DNA of 63,550 bases, filler included, from Basidioascus undulatus (Eukaryota): the NCBI GenBank assembly GCA_000826855.1. It is 4 parts of 4 records of this genome, joined end to end, with 100 filler letters (N's around TTAATTAATTAA, not from the genome) between each part and the next. Parts side by side here need not be neighbours in the genome. Positions count along the whole stretch, not along the records: positions 1 to 13,869 come from JTLS01000778.1; positions 13,970 to 27,837 come from JTLS01000779.1; 2 more parts are not named here. One strand, 5' to 3'. The translations under genes and the position numbers were made by a program. The notes under the pieces are model-generated. The model worked only from the letters and a program-made list of their open reading frames with translations, was not told the DNA's origin and searched no databases. This document shows, piece after piece, positions 12,488 through 24,398 of the stretch (within the stretch, counting starts at the first letter, position 1; each line of letters opens with the position of its first letter).

Positions 12488-13869
12488 ATAGCAAAAGGGG
12501 GGAAAGGGTGCGCGTTCGTTCGTTCGTTCGTTGTCGCTTTTTTTCTGGCAGAATTGTTTGCTTGTATCTTGTCACTGTCCGTGCTTGATTCCATTCGACC
12601 GACGCCGCCTCGATCGCACGCCTTTCGTTTTTTGTGTGGTTTGTGTTGGTTTGATGACATTGCATTCTTGAGGTGTCTTCGAGTTTCCTTGATCCCCGGC
12701 CCCTTGGAGATTCGTATCGACAGTCTTGGGAGGGTACTCAAGGGTACGGTGCAGTGCAGGTTGACACAGCCGGTCCACGAGGGCACTGCAATGAAGCGGG
12801 TTATGTGCTGGGCACAGACACTGGTCGCTACAGACGTTGCAGAAATTGGTCCCTAGCTGAAAAAAAAAATTGTTCTGAGTTTCTTGTCCTCATTCGAGGT
12901 TCGTGCAGTCCATGAAACACTTATTTCACCTTTAAGAGTCAGGCGTTACAAGCACTGTGCGGGGCAGACAGTCGCGGCATCGACTTTGCTTGTCGACATA
13001 CTTCCTCAAACCGCGCGATGTCCAAGCAGCATACCCAGCATCTGCGGCTTTGACGGAGGGTGACATGCGGGTAACATCAACAGAGGCAACAAGTAAGCAG
13101 TAAGATGGCCGCGTGTGTCGCAAATGTTATGTCGTAGGGAGGCGGAAGTCAGTAAGTCGTTTAAGTCTGCGTACTTTCGCTATCGACTGCTCACATACAG
13201 GAGACCATTCAACCCTTTTTCGAGGACATGACAGACGGACGAGGCTCCAGCTCGTTGAGGTCCAGAGCGAAATGGGTCTGGATGAGTTCGTCGAGTCCGC
13301 CGCTGAACTTCCCACTGGCTTCCGCGGCTGCCACGCCTCCGCGCACAGACGTCGACTCCCATGCAGGCTCGAAAGACGCAAAGTATGGTATTAGATAAGA
13401 CAAACTAGGTCATACAGACATTGAGCATCCAGGTTCAGGTCCTGGTACGATGCGGCGATGTGGGAGTCCCGGAGCTGTTGTACACGGTGGTACAGCGAAA
13501 ACTTCGTTATGGATCTGGTATATTCAGGTGCAGAAGTCCGTATTCTATTTATTATTGATATCGAAAAGTTTTCCAGTGAAAGGCGACCAGTAGTTCTTCC
13601 TGTAAATATCTGAGCACATGTACATCCTCACCTCTTGCGTCTCAAACAAAATTTCAACTCCTCGCAGTCCGGCCCAGTTCAGTTCAGTTTCGCATGCGTC
13701 CCCCCGCGTACCTATTCATACTACCCCGCCCTCGCCTTCGCCCGTGCTCGCGGCGTCGCGCCCTCGCCGTTTGTCCGTCCTGCCAAACTGTCCGTGCTCG
13801 TTATCCTCGCTCGCTCTCTTCTCAAGACTACCATCGCCGCCGCCGCCTCCATCCCCCCGTCCCTGCCCC

Positions 13870-13969
13870 NNNNNNNNNNNNNNNNNNNNNNNNNNNNNNN
13901 NNNNNNNNNNNNNTTAATTAATTAANNNNNNNNNNNNNNNNNNNNNNNNNNNNNNNNNNNNNNNNNNNN
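13870..13969. other. Artificial contig linker
   Basis: 44 N + TTAATTAATTAA (stops in all six frames) + 44 N. Confidence 0.99.
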
Positions 13970-15885
13970 GGCGGGGGTGCTCTCTGCACTTCCGTCCGCC
14001 TCCTCGTTTTTATAAGACAATTACTCTCATAAAATGTATACCCATTGATTTCCGGTTCTCCATTCCCCATTCACCACGAATCGTGCCCCAAACGCGGCCC
14101 CTGTATGCTTGCTGGAGTGTCCTCAAGGCGCTTTACTGCGACATAGGAGACAAGGCCGAGATTGTCCGTATCATAAATCCATAGCAGGCAATCAAAGAGA
14201 AGTTGGTTCATGGGATAATATAGGCAAACGCAAAACAAAACAACCCAAAAGAAAGTGAACGCGCTGGAGAACTGACTCTAGTCGTCTTCCTTCGGCGTAG
14301 GAGGCTTCACGGGGATTCCGATTCCGTAAGAGCCGGTCATCCCGGAGTAGTCGTAGTACAGAGGTCCGGTGGGGGGAACGATAGAGAATGTCGTAAATCC
14401 GGTCGTGGTGGGCTGGTAGCTTCCCCCCATCGCGGTCGACGCGCTGGACTGAAGCGGGGGCCAGGTCTGGAGCGTGGGCGAGGTCTGAAGGGTAGGCGCG
14501 TTCGCGGTGGAGTCGCCCTGGACTTGCGGCTGAAAATTTGACGGCTGTTTCTCCGAGTCTCCCTTGCGAGCAACTGATCGCCTTTCCCGTTCAAACCCAT
14601 TCGCGTTTCCGCAGCTCCGGTCCATTCAGCAGCATTCCCAACAGGGGCAACCCCATCTTCAACTCAGCCTGCTTGGACATTTGTCTCGCTTGGCTTGGGC
14701 TGGCGGACGACTCGCCCCTCATCGCCCTCGGCAGAGTTCGTCAGCCAGCTCGCCGTGAACTCGACGCGCATGACATGGGGTCTTCTGGATGGGGGTGGGA
14801 GCGTGGGAAGTTCGGTTCAGCAGCTGAGCGGAAATCCCTTCGGACGGCGTGAAGCGGCGGCGCTGAGGGACCCAAGCAAGTGAGTTGCGAATATCGAATG
14901 CACTGCATTCCGTAGAGGCATCGCTGTTTCGAAATTTGACATCCTTATTCCGACTCCACAGGCTTCCAACTCGCCGCCCGGTCGTCTTTCGAGACCGTTT
15001 CGTCCCCCCGGCATCGAATCATGCTCTTGCGCTTTTCGAACTGCTTTCTTCGGACATCCTGTCTCTCATCGTCGAATCTTTCGCGCCTGACGACTTTTCC
15101 CCCTTCTCGGTTGGATTCGAGCCACCCCCTGCACCTCACCGCCTTCCAAGCGGCCTGCCAGGCCGCAGCCTGCGGTGAGCTTAGAGGGGGGGCTCCCTGG
15201 GCGAAGCGCCTTCCCAGCGAACCCGGCTCTGGTTCTCTGGGACACGAGGAAGGCGACAGGCATGCTTATCTCTGCTCGATCCTCCCGGTGACTCTATACG
15301 GCGCTGGTGCCTTCGCGTTCAATGCCGTCAAGCTCCTAGCACAAGGCTTCACCAACCACGGAACGCTGTCCGCACCCGAGTCGCGCTCTATTCGCGAACG
15401 TCGTTGCGGCGGGGACGACGTACGGGCATGGCAACCTTTCGGAGACATGGCGGAGATCAGCCTCCGAGAGCTCGCTGGTCTTGGTACTGAGGGCTAGTTC
15501 AGCAGTCCGTTTATCATCTTGTCGGTCGGCCCGGTAGTGACGGGAGAGCGGTGGGATGCAGAGGACTTGGGACTACTGCATGAAAAGGCTGTACCACCGG
15601 GACGGGGATACTTCGGGGAAGTCTCTTCAGGGTCGAGCAGGAGCCATTAGACTGACGAAGGTGAAGATAAGGGTTTAAGAGGCCTGCTATGTATACTCTC
15701 AAATGTCTCGATAGACAGGGGGTGGGAGGGAACCAGGTGCAGGGAAGGCCGCGTCGGAAAGGTCAGCGGCCTGGCGACGGCGGTTGCGGTATCGCCGGAA
15801 GAGGAGGAAGTTGAATGGGAGGTTGATTTTAGTCAGTGCGGAAAACACAAAGATATTCAATCGTAGGGAGAAGTTCTCGCCCTGT

Positions 15886-17768
15886 AATGACACCGATCAG
15901 CACCACTCCCCCCAACGATCGGGCCAGCGACGGAATTAAAAAACTCCCTCTCAATGAACTTGAGAGAACCAGCGGAACTAATGAATGCGTTTGGGTTGAC
16001 GGGGACCAACTCGAAATCGGTGGTAGATGTTCCGAGCTCAAGGGTCAGGGAAGCCGATGTGGCGGGTGCAAGTGTCAGGGCGTCCGACGTGTCGGCCGGC
16101 TCGCCCAGAACCCCCGACCCAACTGTGGCGACCAGGACGAGATTCCATTTACATGAACAAATCAGAACGCCTTAAGGGATTAATAAAGACACGCAATCAC
16201 CTACCCCTTCAACAGCTTGACGAACCTGAATCGTGGCCGACATTGCTCGAAGAAACAGGAGACGGAGATAGTGGTCGAGAAGACGACGAGGGGCGATGAA
16301 AGTGGGCACGCACAGGTGTGTCTCCGGGGAGTGAAGCGCCTTTATGATGGAGAATATCTGTGATAAGTGCTCAGGAACGATATTCAACAATTGAGGTGGA
16401 ATGAGGCGGCAGCCCTTGTGGACCTTTTAAAAGCTACTGAATGAGCCGGACACCTGTCTGGAAGACGTGGCTTGCCACACCGGCACCGCTCAAGGATTCG
16501 CTCATATAAAGCACTGGTGAACACGAGCCTTTGACTTATTGGAAGTAGTCGAACGAAGACCGCACAGATGTGCGAGCAGACAGCCCTAGTAAGGGCTGTC
16601 CGGTGGCACGACAACCCGCGGGCGTGCTTGCGGGTCGAGGTTTTGTCTGTCCAGCGGGAGTGGGACTCACTGACATCGCGACCATTTATAAGCGGAAGCC
16701 ACTATGTTGCTGCAACCATACAGGCTAGCCGCCCACGAATCATCGGTTGTGAAAACCCCCATCAACAGTCTTCTTTGATGCACATACAGAAGATTACAGG
16801 ACAATACGAAGGATGGTTAAGAAAGTACAACCTTGACCCTTTGTTTCACGCGGTCGGGTGCATCTGTCAGCAAGCGCCTGATGTCGTCCGCCCCATGCGA
16901 CCGCCTGGGATCGTCAAAAGCGTACACTTGAACCTCCAGTTCGGGGATCCCCTCATTCCGCGCGATTTGAAGCACTATTTCCAGTTGGCCTGGAAGGATG
17001 GGGCCGGTCGTGACCTTCTGATACGCCTTCGTCGGCAAGTGTTCAAGGAATCCAGGAATGAACGCTGGGTCTTCGCATCGGAGGACTTCCAAGCCTGCCC
17101 AGCGATCCTCAATGATCGGAAGAAGCTCGACCCCTAATACGTGGGCATCCTGAAAAGCCCGGTAAAAGATACCAAAGTCGGACCTGGTTGCAGGGAAGCA
17201 AGGGCTCGAAGCAAGTGGTGAACAGGCATGTGAAGATCGCACAGAGCGCGGAGCGCCGAGTCCGCGTCAAAGGAATCGGAAAGGCCGAATCTCCATAGCC
17301 GGAGTCGCCAAAGAATTCAAAGTGAAGCCCCAGAGCGGAAATTTCCACACACGCATAAAGGAGAACTGCTATATGAGGCTGGACAGGCTGCAGGTTACTG
17401 AGGCTGAGGGTGGGGACTTGATCGACGAGGCCCGAACGGGCGAGCACAAGCTCGGCGAAAGCGTGATGCTCGGCAATGGCCTTAAGGTGGATGTGATCGA
17501 AGATGAGCGGAGTCGTCCCTTCCGAGCTCAAACCGGCAAACCGGCGCTCTTCGCCCTCCGCATGGCGGGCGAGAACGACGCTTTGCGCGCATACGTGGGG
17601 GAACAAAACAACGAGGGGATTGATTTCTTGCCTTGGCCTTACCATGTGCCGGAGGATGGGCCGAAGATCACGGAGGCGGCAAGGGCGTACACGGAGAAGT
17701 ATGCGCACGAGCAGAAAGGGACGACGGCGGACTTGGAGAGAGTGTATGGGAGGTTTGAGGGGTTTTGA
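15886..17768 (+). pseudogene. Decayed gene of unknown family
   Basis: Protein-like segments on one strand (ORFs 16568-17137 and 17322-17768 plus upstream fragments) broken by stops and frame changes. Confidence 0.4.
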
Positions 17769-19224
17769 AGGGCTTGGTTGCAATAGATCGTTGCAGCCAC
17801 AGACACCCGGAAATTTGCAACCGTTCTCATTCCAACTTGCATGAGCGCTGCAGTGCCTGTCCGGCCCGTCTTTGACTGCTACGATGACCCTTTGGTGGCC
17901 ATCAGAAATGCCAACACAGTGCTCTGACAAACTCCAGGACTCTTTATAAGGATAATCACGCAATTTACATATGTTGTCAGCCGGGGAGAGCCGCTGTCGA
18001 AACGCCGTGCATCTCTTTCATATTGCTGGCAGCTGCTGCGCATATGGCTCCCGGATCTGCCCTACCTCTTCAACACGCGATTAGTGAGCTTCCCTGAACT
18101 TCACCATGCCACTTTGAGTCCCGTAAATCCGGTCAGGGGCGAGCGACACTTCTTCGCCTCGCAAAGTAGGGCTGCAGCCTTCACAGTCGGGTACGACTCG
18201 TCGGTCATGTTCTCAAAGCTGTCGATATCACTCGGATGTATCTAAGACACATATGTACAAGTATTCCAACTCATATTCTGATGCTGAACTGTCGAATGGT
18301 GCGAAATGGGGCAACGCCGAGGCTACCGAGTTGCTGCGCTCGATGCACAAGCTGCGAATGATAGGAGGCTGTCATTGGTCTAACCATTGAGGTTGATCAT
18401 CCCGGGAAGCCTTGGTAAGAGCAAAATGATGAGTTTGCTACCGAACACATCCAAAATAGTCGTTCAAAGCCGGTCCGGCGTCTTCTGAAGGGTCAACGCG
18501 GCAGTGAGTTGCAGCATCCTGTCGGACGCCCGACACCGTCACTGCAGCTTGCAGCTGAAAAGATGCCTCACACCTTGCTCACACCGTCTTTAAGCCACTA
18601 ATTTACACTGATATCCTCTCAATTGGCAAAGATTCCAGAAGAAGAAGAAAAGCAATAGCGGACGTTGGCGGACGCGGTCTATTCCTGACTTCCCCGACTG
18701 TCACTCCGGCTTCGCCATAGTCGCCATCACGTCGGCGACGATGCTCTCTTGCCCGCCCTGCGTCGGTCCATCGTTCTTTTTGTCTTTCGAGCAATATGTT
18801 ATTTTTCCTATTATGTAGCACTAAGGTTTGTTTCCCATTTCCCACTGAAATTCCTTTCCATTGCAAACGCCAATGAAGCAGACGTACTGATACATGCAAA
18901 GGCCGAAGTACAGCTAGCCGGCAGCGGGGGGTGTTGATTGACGATGGGTCTTTTAGACTCGTTGGATCTGCTCTTTTCCTAAGGGAATTTCGCCAGTGTA
19001 AATATATCAATCAAAGCTTCCTTAGTTTCCCCAGCAGACATAACTACACGCTTGTTTGGCATCGTGCAAGCGAGCCGTCCAGTCAGCGCCGCGCGCGCGA
19101 ACAGCTCTCGTAATCGACGTCGTCGCCGGCCCGCTCCTCAACGTCCTCATCGCGTCCCCTCACCACCTGTCACCACACGACCATCACCGCGCCCTACACC
19201 TCTCCCCCCATCAATAGGTCCACC

Positions 19225-19890
19225 ATGCTCGTGAAGGTCAAGGTGCGTGCGCTTGCACTCTCCGGGGCGGAGCACGGGAGGTAGCTGGAGCTGACCTCGG
19301 GCGGCGGGCGATCGGTGCAGACGCTGACTGGAAAGGAGGTGAGCAGGGAAGGGCAGAGCGCAGGGAATGTGGGAGGAGGGAGCGCTGATGAACGAATGTG
19401 ATGCCATGGTTTCATAGATGTACGTTTCGTGCTTGCGTTAACCCGCTCGGCCGTGGTTGCTGACCTTCCTCGTCCCCTCGCGTGCCAGTGAGCTCGACGT
19501 GGATACGGACGACAAGGTAGACTCGTTCCGATTCATTCGTGACCGTAGTTGGGGTTCTTACGGTGCTTTTGGATGGGAACAGATCACCCGGGTCAAGGAG
19601 CGCGTTGAGGAGAAGGAGGGCATCCCGCCCGCGCAGCAGCGTCTGATCTTCGGTGGGAAGCAGATGTGAGTCTCCTCCCTCCCTACCCTTTCCTTTCGTG
19701 TTCCACCTTCTCCTGCGCGGACATCCTTCCCGTTGGATTGCTCCACCGCCTCAACTCTCCATGCACCATACTGACCCTCGGGCACTCGGCGACGGTACGC
19801 AGGGCCGACGAGAAGACCGTCAAGGAGCTCAACATTGAGCCCGGCGCCGTCATCCACCTCGTTCTCGCCCTCCGTGGCGGTGCGCAATGA
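19225..19890 (+). CDS. RUB1: NEDD8/Rub1 ubiquitin-like modifier
   Basis: Exons 19225-19242, 19321-19338, 19418-19419, 19489-19516, 19583-19665, 19804-19890 give [90 protein letters not shown] and LVLALRGG are diagnostic of NEDD8. Confidence 0.97.
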
Positions 19891-21639
19891 GCGCGCAGGG
19901 TAGAGGGGCGAAGGGAAGGGGGAGAGGCGGGGACTGGTACGTGCCGCTAATACATACAAGGACTGCTTGAGCTCGCTGCGGATTGGACGTGTTGGCGCGG
20001 CTTCGACTTTGGATTATGGGGGTGGAGAGTGCTGGAGCTGCCTCAAGATCTCGCGTTTCCGTTCGATCGCACCTCGCTAGAACTTCGTCACTTACCTCGG
20101 TTCGCTCTGGCCGCCCGGCCAGCATCGATACTTACCCTTCCCTCCCTCCGGAGCTTCGGTACATCCTTCCCTCTTTCGCCAGCTTACAGGTCGCCCCGCC
20201 GTATTACGCGCCGTCCTCCTCAACTTGCACCCCTCCAATCAAACCCTGAGCATCCGAGGATAAAGTGTCAATGATACAGGCGTTCAGCGCTCTTCTAATT
20301 CATCGGGCCTGGGGGTCCCGATAGTCCTCCTTCGACGCTCACTCTTGAATTACACATGCTCATAACCAACTCGCTGTCTTCGCTCTAGGTAATGCAATTG
20401 CGACATCTTTTCCACTAGCGGACACCACCACAGCCAACCGCCGTTCCAATCTCTTTTCTCGCAAGCGCGGTGGCGAGAGAATCGTTGTAGAGCCGGATGG
20501 CGGGACGGACGGTAGTTCTTTGAGAAAGGCATGCCCCTGGCAGTCAACCAGCCGTAACCATGACTCACACCCAACAATAGCCTATTTTTACAAATTTTTA
20601 TGAACAAACAGTCGTAGGCACCATCCCATTGGAGTGGTGCAAGTTCTCCCCTGCTCTGGACGAACGCTGCGTATTTGCAGATTACCGATGCTCTCGCCTT
20701 CCCGGCTGCCTTACACTCACCGTGTAAAGGATTCCAGTCAAAAAACCTTCATGTAGAGAATGTTTACTGTTTCCGCATAGTATCCTTGTCCGATGCTCAC
20801 CTTTTCACATGCCACTGGTCGCGGTTTCACATGCCGCAATCGCAACTCTGATAAGGACAAGGAACTCTTACGGCCAGCTTGAAGTCCACTCGCTCATGCC
20901 TTCCGTCGTTCAAAAACGCATGCCCATCTCCTTGTGCACATTTCTTCAGCCCCTCCTCTCCGTCGTCCCGCGAGCTTGGCTGTTCCGAGAGCTCGACCCC
21001 GCCGCCGGTCGGGGTGGGGCGCCGGGGTTTCCTTTGGCGCGTCCGCCTCCCACGAGAGCAGCGGCGGTGGATATGGAGGCTTCCAAAGCAGCGACAAGGT
21101 CGCCTCCCATTATCCAGGAACTGCCGATGTGCACAATGTATGATTGGGGTCCAGCAAGTGGATGGTGCGTTTCTGGTACCGTGCTGGAGCAGGCTAATGT
21201 CATTCTGACTTTTGAGAGAGTGGTTTTACAGACGTTCCAATGCTTGAGGTGTAGGGGTCACCGCAATGAGTCGGGGCACGGCCGCTTTGGGCGGTCTGCA
21301 TTCAAGTTATGACGAAAAATGCGAAATGTGCATGGCTGGAGCACGACTCAAATGGAATACTTTTGTAAGAGTGTGCAGGCATCCCTTTCATTACGATCGC
21401 AGGGCCCATTCGCAGACCCGCGAGCGGGCCGTCCTATCCTGTCCATCCTGGCACGTCTGCCATATCAACGTGCTCTCCTCAAAAATGAGTTGCGCTTCCA
21501 CGTCGTGAGATGCAAACCTGCCCCTTGCACACAACGTTCACGATTTCAAAATATGGCCAATCCTCTTCCAACAGTAAGGCGGGCCTGCCACCTCTAGCTG
21601 GATTCCCAGTGAACTAACGTCGCCGGAGGTAATGCGAGC

Positions 21640-22145
21640 TTGTCCGCCTGGCGAGCCCTTGTCGAAGACCATCAGTGGGGCAAGGACTTATGGGAGGTCC
21701 TGCGACCTTGGTTCCAGCAACACAGCTACACGCTCTACAGTACTTCCACCTGTAACGGTCCGGTGTACGTCGCGTTCAGCGAGCTGGTCAATGGTCTGGA
21801 AGGGTGGCGGTTGGACTTCCGTCATTGGGTGAGTGCATTACTCAGACGAATGAACCCAGGTGTTGCGGAACTGATAACCGGACGCATTCCCCGAGAATTT
21901 TCGCCGCCCGTCACTCGGCCAACCAGTAGTAGGTCATCGTTCGGGTCGTTGCGCAGGGGGACACAACATACCCGAGTACCTGCGCTCCTCTCCGGGCTAC
22001 GACAATTTCGTTGTCCCCTTCCTCGACGTTCTCCACTCGGACCAGCTGGTTTTCGCGGTCATGCCCAGGATGGCTGGCAACATAACGAATCCGTGGTTCG
22101 CGTCGCTGCACGAAGTGCTGGACTGCGTCGACCAACTGCTCGCGC
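21640..22145 (+). pseudogene. AgaK1-like fungal protein kinase fragment
   Basis: LWEVLRPWFQQHSYTLY, then EYLRSSPGYDNFVVPFLDVLHSDQLVFAVMPRM...PWFASLHEVLDCVDQLL, matching the N-lobe/hinge of this kinase family; breaks off before the HRD loop. Confidence 0.6.
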
Positions 22146-24398
22146 GACGCTCTTGCCCTTCTCCGCGAGGGACGGTCGTCTCTGACGGCTGAAGAGTGGG
22201 AGGAAGCGTTAAAGGAGGGGGGGTATATCAAAGAGCTATCCCTGGAGGACGAGTTTGGGGGGTTCGCGACGAGCGTCAAGGCGAGGTTTCCGGAGGAAGC
22301 GAGAGGCATCCTGATTTCGCTGCGGGGTTTCCAGCGATACTTGAATACGCACATGAACCATAAACAAGTTTTCTAAGCTTTCTATGCTTGATCGTGGTTG
22401 AACTCACTGCGGATCCGTTCCGGGTTGACGGCCTGTGGCTCTCTGCGCTTGACACTTGCCGCGGTCCTAGTCAAATGTCAAATTTTCTTGGATCCACATG
22501 GAAATGGGTGTAATCATACTCTAGGAGAAATTACCCACCCAGCGTTGACTCTCCTGGCAGCGACCATCGAGCCCGCGTGCACCGTCCGATTCGCCTCCAG
22601 CCTCTCGCAGTTTTTCATCCAGTCTTTCCAGCGCAAAAACCTGCTCACACGAGAAAGGGGAACTAGATCAGCCACTTTTCCCAGTATTCCCAAAGACGAA
22701 CCGGCTTTATCATGCTCCTGGACTACAGTACATTGCCCGTGCGCTGTTGCGACGCTGCCAGTGCGGCGTAGTTGCCTTCTTCGCCGGCCTCCCGCGGCCG
22801 CAGGAGGCTCAAACGACAATCAAACATGCACATAATGTCCATTATCAGGGTTTGAGGTTCCGGAAAGCACCTCAGCTTCTACATACAAGCTGTGGGCGCT
22901 GGAAAGCAGTCTTATGGCAGGCACGGGCGTTCGACAATAATCAGGAAATGAACCACACAACTGACAAGATTGCTGTGATATTAGTATAGACACATTTATT
23001 TACTATATCAATTATAAGGCACATCCTATTGTGCCTTATCTATAGGAGACGTCCCATTTTCCCTTGTGGATCATTGTGCAGAGTGGAGAGCGAGTCCGCT
23101 CATGTCTACGCAAGACCTGGACAATGCTCAGAAACTTTTCCTCCTGAAAATCGGATCTAAAAGTTGATTCCGCTCTGTTATATCCCATTGAAAGACTAAG
23201 GCTTCTACAGCCCAGCAGTTCCACTACCGCCCGCAGCCAGCGCTCCGTCGGTAACCTGACATGGAGGCTTGCCCTGACACTCCCAGACCAGGTTGCCTGT
23301 CCTTCGTTCACCAACATCAGCGGTGTTCTCGGTCCGGTGACCAGTCGGTCTTGTACTTTCAAGGACTTCGCTGCGCAAGCTTGCGCAGATTCACCCGGGC
23401 GTCGCCCTGCTCACTGTTGGCCTGCCACCGTCCTTCTCTCGCACACTCACTGACACACTGGGCCGCACAAATATGTTCACTTGTATCCGGGGTCCACAAG
23501 ACTGACGATATCAATCTTGACGTCTCTCGGTCTCGGAGCGGAGTGAGCGACGCGGGTGCTGCAGCGATCCCAGCCTGGCTGCCTCGCCGAGGCTGAAGTT
23601 GGCTGACAAAGACAGACAGACCTTTTGACACACACAATCCAGCTGCTCAAGTAAACATCCTTCGTCCGAGTAGACAACTCCTGAGCGATTGCGCGACCAA
23701 CACACTCCAATCGCACAGTTGAGCAGGTCCTCAAACTCGTCCATGATCCTCACGCTCGACGAAGCAACGGCTGTTCGGCTCGCAAGCTAGAAGTCCAATG
23801 TACTACAATGCCCAACACGCACACGGGAGGACGGGAGGAGGCATTATTTACGTTTACTCGCCGCTGCTTGGGAGCCTGCTCGATCCGATGCAGCTTCTTA
23901 CCTTCGCTTCTTACCTTTCCACAATGCAGACGACCAAGAGACAATAAAACAGGATCATCTCCCCGCGAGCGCTACCCCACCGAACCGCGAATCCGAACGC
24001 GAGCTTCTCAACTCGCTCCTTACCTTTCCCCAAGCGCAGTTGAAACAGCAAAGAGGAAAGGGAGACGTCGCATACCGACCCACTACCACGCCTCCCCCCG
24101 CCAAACAAAAAGAAGAAAAGACTTGCATACCCCTTGTGGCCTCAAATGAGAGCAGGGAAGAGAAGAGAGAAGCGTGCGCAAATACAAACCATAATTCGTT
24201 CCTTTTTCTTTTTATCCTTTTCTCCTCCGGCGGCAGAAGGTGCGACGCGACACCTGTAAGGGTGAGCCGCGGTGGGCGTGGGGGTGTGGGGGTGGGACAA
24301 CATGCGGCGGGCGAGAGCGAGGGGACATGATGAAAAGGAGGGGGTAGGAAAATGGGGAAGGAGGAGGGGAGAAGGTTCTTTTGTTGGGAGCGCGTGGC

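Noticed and set aside
13694..13869. Arg-rich ORF start resembling a mitochondrial presequence
   Set aside because: Cut by the contig end with all three frames open; cannot be assigned.
13914..13925. TTAATTAATTAA palindrome recurring three times (also 27882-27893 and 49654-49665)
   Set aside because: Centred in fixed 44-N flanks; a standard six-frame-stop assembly spacer, not biology.
23036..23760. Leucine-rich fragments on the minus strand
   Set aside because: Likely pseudogene debris, but too degraded to call.
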